From Chiloscyllium plagiosum (taxonomy: Eukaryota), in assembly GCF_004010195.1 (NCBI RefSeq), contig NC_057749.1, positions 25,912,033-25,963,933 of the forward strand: DNA of 51,901 nucleotides, given 5' to 3'. How positions within the stretch are numbered: the first letter of the stretch is position 1; every line of letters starts with the position of its first letter. The position numbers and the translations under genes were made by a program. Below, one piece after another: positions 48,971 to 51,901 of the stretch. The notes beneath the pieces are model-generated. The model saw only the letters and a program-made list of their open reading frames with translations, ran no database searches and had not been told where the DNA came from.

Positions 48971-50123
48971 AAAAAAAACTGACTTCAAAACAATCTCAAC
49001 TGAGGTTGAAGGAAAACACTTCAGCCTTCTCTTCGGAACTAGATTCTTCCAGCATTAATCATTAATTTCCAATGATTTCAGATTTTCTCAGTTAGGATTG
49101 CTAACAGAATGGCTGCACCAGAGAAACTGGGAAAGAGGAGGGCAAGGTACTTTATGGGATCAGCCTACAAGATGGTCAGGACACTTGAACCCTACTTACT
49201 ATGCTCTTGCCTATTCCAAAAACCCTTTCTGCAAGTACCTCCAAACGTGAAAGCCTACTTATATGACTGTCATATTTCGGGGTCACATTTTCAGTTGCCT
49301 TCAATGGAACTTCAAACGTTCCATTCCATAACCTCCCGAATCTTGCTTCTACGTTACTAAGTTCCTTGATATTTACACCATGGACTTTTAGTCAGCAGTC
49401 ATAACAATTGTCAATTGTCACCTGTTTCTGCTCACACAAAAGAGTACTATATTCCTCAGCATCTCCATTTTTCACCATTACTGTGCCATCAGTTACTAAA
49501 AAAAAAATTTCCTACATCTCTCTCTCCTTTTAATATATCCTAAAACCTATCTCCCCAAAAGTTTGGACTTTTATCCTATTTTCACTATGCGGCAAAGTGT
49601 AAAATTTTGTTTGATAAAGGTCCTGCGAAGCACCTTGGAAAAACGTAACCACATTAAAGGTGTTATGTAAATTTTTCCTCTAAGTAGCTTCATTATTGTG
49701 AATACAAAACATTTACCTTAAAACTCCACACAAAAAACACATCAGCATGACATTTAACACTCATGCAAAGAAATTGGGTAGAAATCATTAACTCCTACCA
49801 TCATCTTGGGAAAACATCTTAATGTTGAAGACAGTTAAATGTCTGTCTGATGTAAAAGAATTACATCCTATCTTGAGCCATTTTTGTCATTGTCTGCTGC
49901 ATGGCAAGCCTGTTTTACATCAGCCACTTTATGACTGAGTAAGGAAAAGGGGCCTCATGTCTTTTCACATAGTGTTCCTAGCATTGCCTTCCTGAGCCAT
50001 AACATCTTTGTACAAACTTTTGATGTATGCCTCTATAGTAAAATAGTACTTTAGTTCAGCAACACTCTTTCTTACACTCCTCCCTGTGAACAGTTTTCAC
50101 TCTGACAGGAACACAGAAGCTAG

Positions 50124-50142
50124 TGACCATTAGAGGGCGCCA
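50124..50142 (+). promoter_or_regulatory. Candidate CTCF binding site
   Basis: TGACCATTAGAGGGCGCCA matches the CTCF core CCASYAGRKGGCRS with one mismatch. It retains a CpG in a CpG-depleted neighbourhood. Confidence 0.55.
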
Positions 50143-51199
50143 CGCACCCAAACTATCCGAGATACAAATCAAACAAAAACAATGAAAGGAAATGAATTCA
50201 GTAGAAACTCTTGAGAACCATGACAAAAATCACCATGTAAATGACAACTTGGGATACTAATGACCCCTCCCCAACCCCCCTTCCCAACTGATGCTTCCTG
50301 GGCTGAGAATATTTCCTGTTTTACTTCAAGTCCTTCCTCTCCATCTGGTTTGATAGCAGAATTTCACCAATTTAGTCATGATATGAAACTAACTGCTCCA
50401 GGAGAAAACCCTCCAAGATACAATAAAGGTGTTAGATTAATAAGAGGTTCCTCATGTAGGAACACAAGGTCTTTGAGTTCCAAAACTCTCCAGCAATCAA
50501 TTCAAAAAAATATATAAAATTACACTGCCCCCGGGCAAGTGTTTTCCAAAGCAAAAATATAAGCATCCGAGTAAATGTTAGAAGTGCAAAAGTAGTTCCT
50601 GATGTGCAACATACATTTTATGACAAATCGAGAAGAGCACGTGTCAAATTTCCTTCCTTTCTTGTGGTTTTAGCACCTTCCTCTTGAAAAAACAAAGTAA
50701 AATTACTGCATTGATAAACAGACCACAAATTCTCCATCTTTCTGTGGAACATTAACAACCTCTTTGCAACTTTAAAAACTTGTTATTTACTAACCTACAG
50801 CCTATCCACTATGTGATTCAGTACTTTTGGACCAAAGTGGTCCAAATCATAAGTTATAAATGCCAAATTTGTTGCAATGAAGTATAGGAACCCTGTAAGA
50901 AACTTTAAATGTTGTTAAAAAGTGCAAACTTATAAAGAAAATAAAGTCACAAACAAACCATAGAACGCATATATAAACTATGCAACATAGGAGACTCTAT
51001 AACAAAATAACTTTCTACTCCTTGACACAAGATGAAAAGCAAAACCATTGTTTGAAGAAACATTATAGCAAAATTTATGAAAATTATACTGGCTCATTAG
51101 TACGCTGTGGCAGCAGGTTAGAGGGAGGGAGAGGACAGATCAATGACCAGGGTCAGGGCTAAACTCTTGGAGGTGCCAAGATGTCACCAAGCCTATCCA

Positions 51200-51640
51200 A
51201 TACCATAAATGGATCCCTCTCAACCTAACTCACCCCCATACCCCAAGATCCAACAACACTCCCTCACCAGTACTACTCTGACTTCTTCCCTTCCTTGACC
51301 CACTCCACCTCCCTCACCATCCAATCACATTATCTCTACACTCTTTCAATTCTTTCTACACTCCCCCCTCCATCAAACATCTGCTCTCATGCATACTCGC
51401 CATAACCATCCTCCCTCCTCTCCCTGCTCCATTACCCACTTGTTTCTCCTAAACCTCATGCACCTAAAATCGCTCAATCTGGCGGCATCTCCCGCACACT
51501 CTCGACATCTCCACTTCCCTGACATTTTCTCCATTAAGTCTCATCACCATGTACCAACAACCAACCCTCACAACTACCAATTTCCAAATCCAATCATCCT
51601 TCACAACATCTGCCCCTTCCCCTCTTCAATCCCTCCATGT
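51200..51640. repeat. C-rich, G-poor low-complexity tract
   Basis: Long run dominated by C, A and T (ccctcacc, cccactcc motifs) with very few G. Confidence 0.55.
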
Positions 51641-51654
51641 ATGACTATGCACCA

Positions 51655-51810
51655 AAGGAACAGAAGTTGGCCATTTAGCCCACCATTCAATGAAATTTTG
51701 GCCGACCTGCAATTACACAACTCCACTTTATTGCCTTTCCCTATAACCCTATGTTTCCTTATTGATTAAGAATCTGTCTACTCCAGCCTTGACATCCTTC
51801 ATTTTCCCAA
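51655..51810 (-). mobile_element. CR1-like 3' tail fragment
   Basis: ggccatttagcccaccattcaatgaaat...attgattaagaatctgtctactccagccttga. Confidence 0.55.
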
Positions 51811-51901
51811 CCTTCTACCTACTTTACAGCAGTACCCCCCATACCTTCTGAATCAAACCCATGCAACACACACACACAATTCTCCAACCCCTAACACCTC
51901 A

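Noticed and set aside
51389..51769. 126-aa His/Pro-rich ORF
   Set aside because: It is a by-product of G-poor low-complexity sequence running into a LINE tail.

Overview
This is vertebrate genomic DNA, almost certainly from an elasmobranch (shark), judged from HE1-type tRNA-SINEs and abundant CR1/HER1-like LINE ends. One protein-coding gene is well supported: a minus-strand C15orf39-like gene (DUF5525 family). It has a very large first coding exon (40026..36509, ATG at 39986) spliced in phase 1 across a 9137-bp intron to a last exon (27371..stop at 26368), giving about 1493 aa. Its non-coding first exon and promoter are not evident in the window. The predicted protein ends in a Spindlin/Ssty-like Tudor domain. 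The rest is repeat-rich intron and intergenic DNA: CR1/L2 LINE fragments, SINEs, a 64-bp minisatellite inside a nested insertion, and a local duplication. The most striking non-coding signal is about ten short (100-300 bp) elements from at least four sequence families, many flanked by target-site duplications (TSDs). Each carries a minimal hammerhead-ribozyme core (CUGAnGA, stem II, GAAA, palindromic 4-nt stem III, UH), and most sit as inverted dimers, so they look Penelope-like or retrozyme-like. One copy with an intact core lies on the gene's sense strand, upstream of the large exon (presumed intron 1). Repeat boundaries are approximate and family names come from recognition, not database searches.
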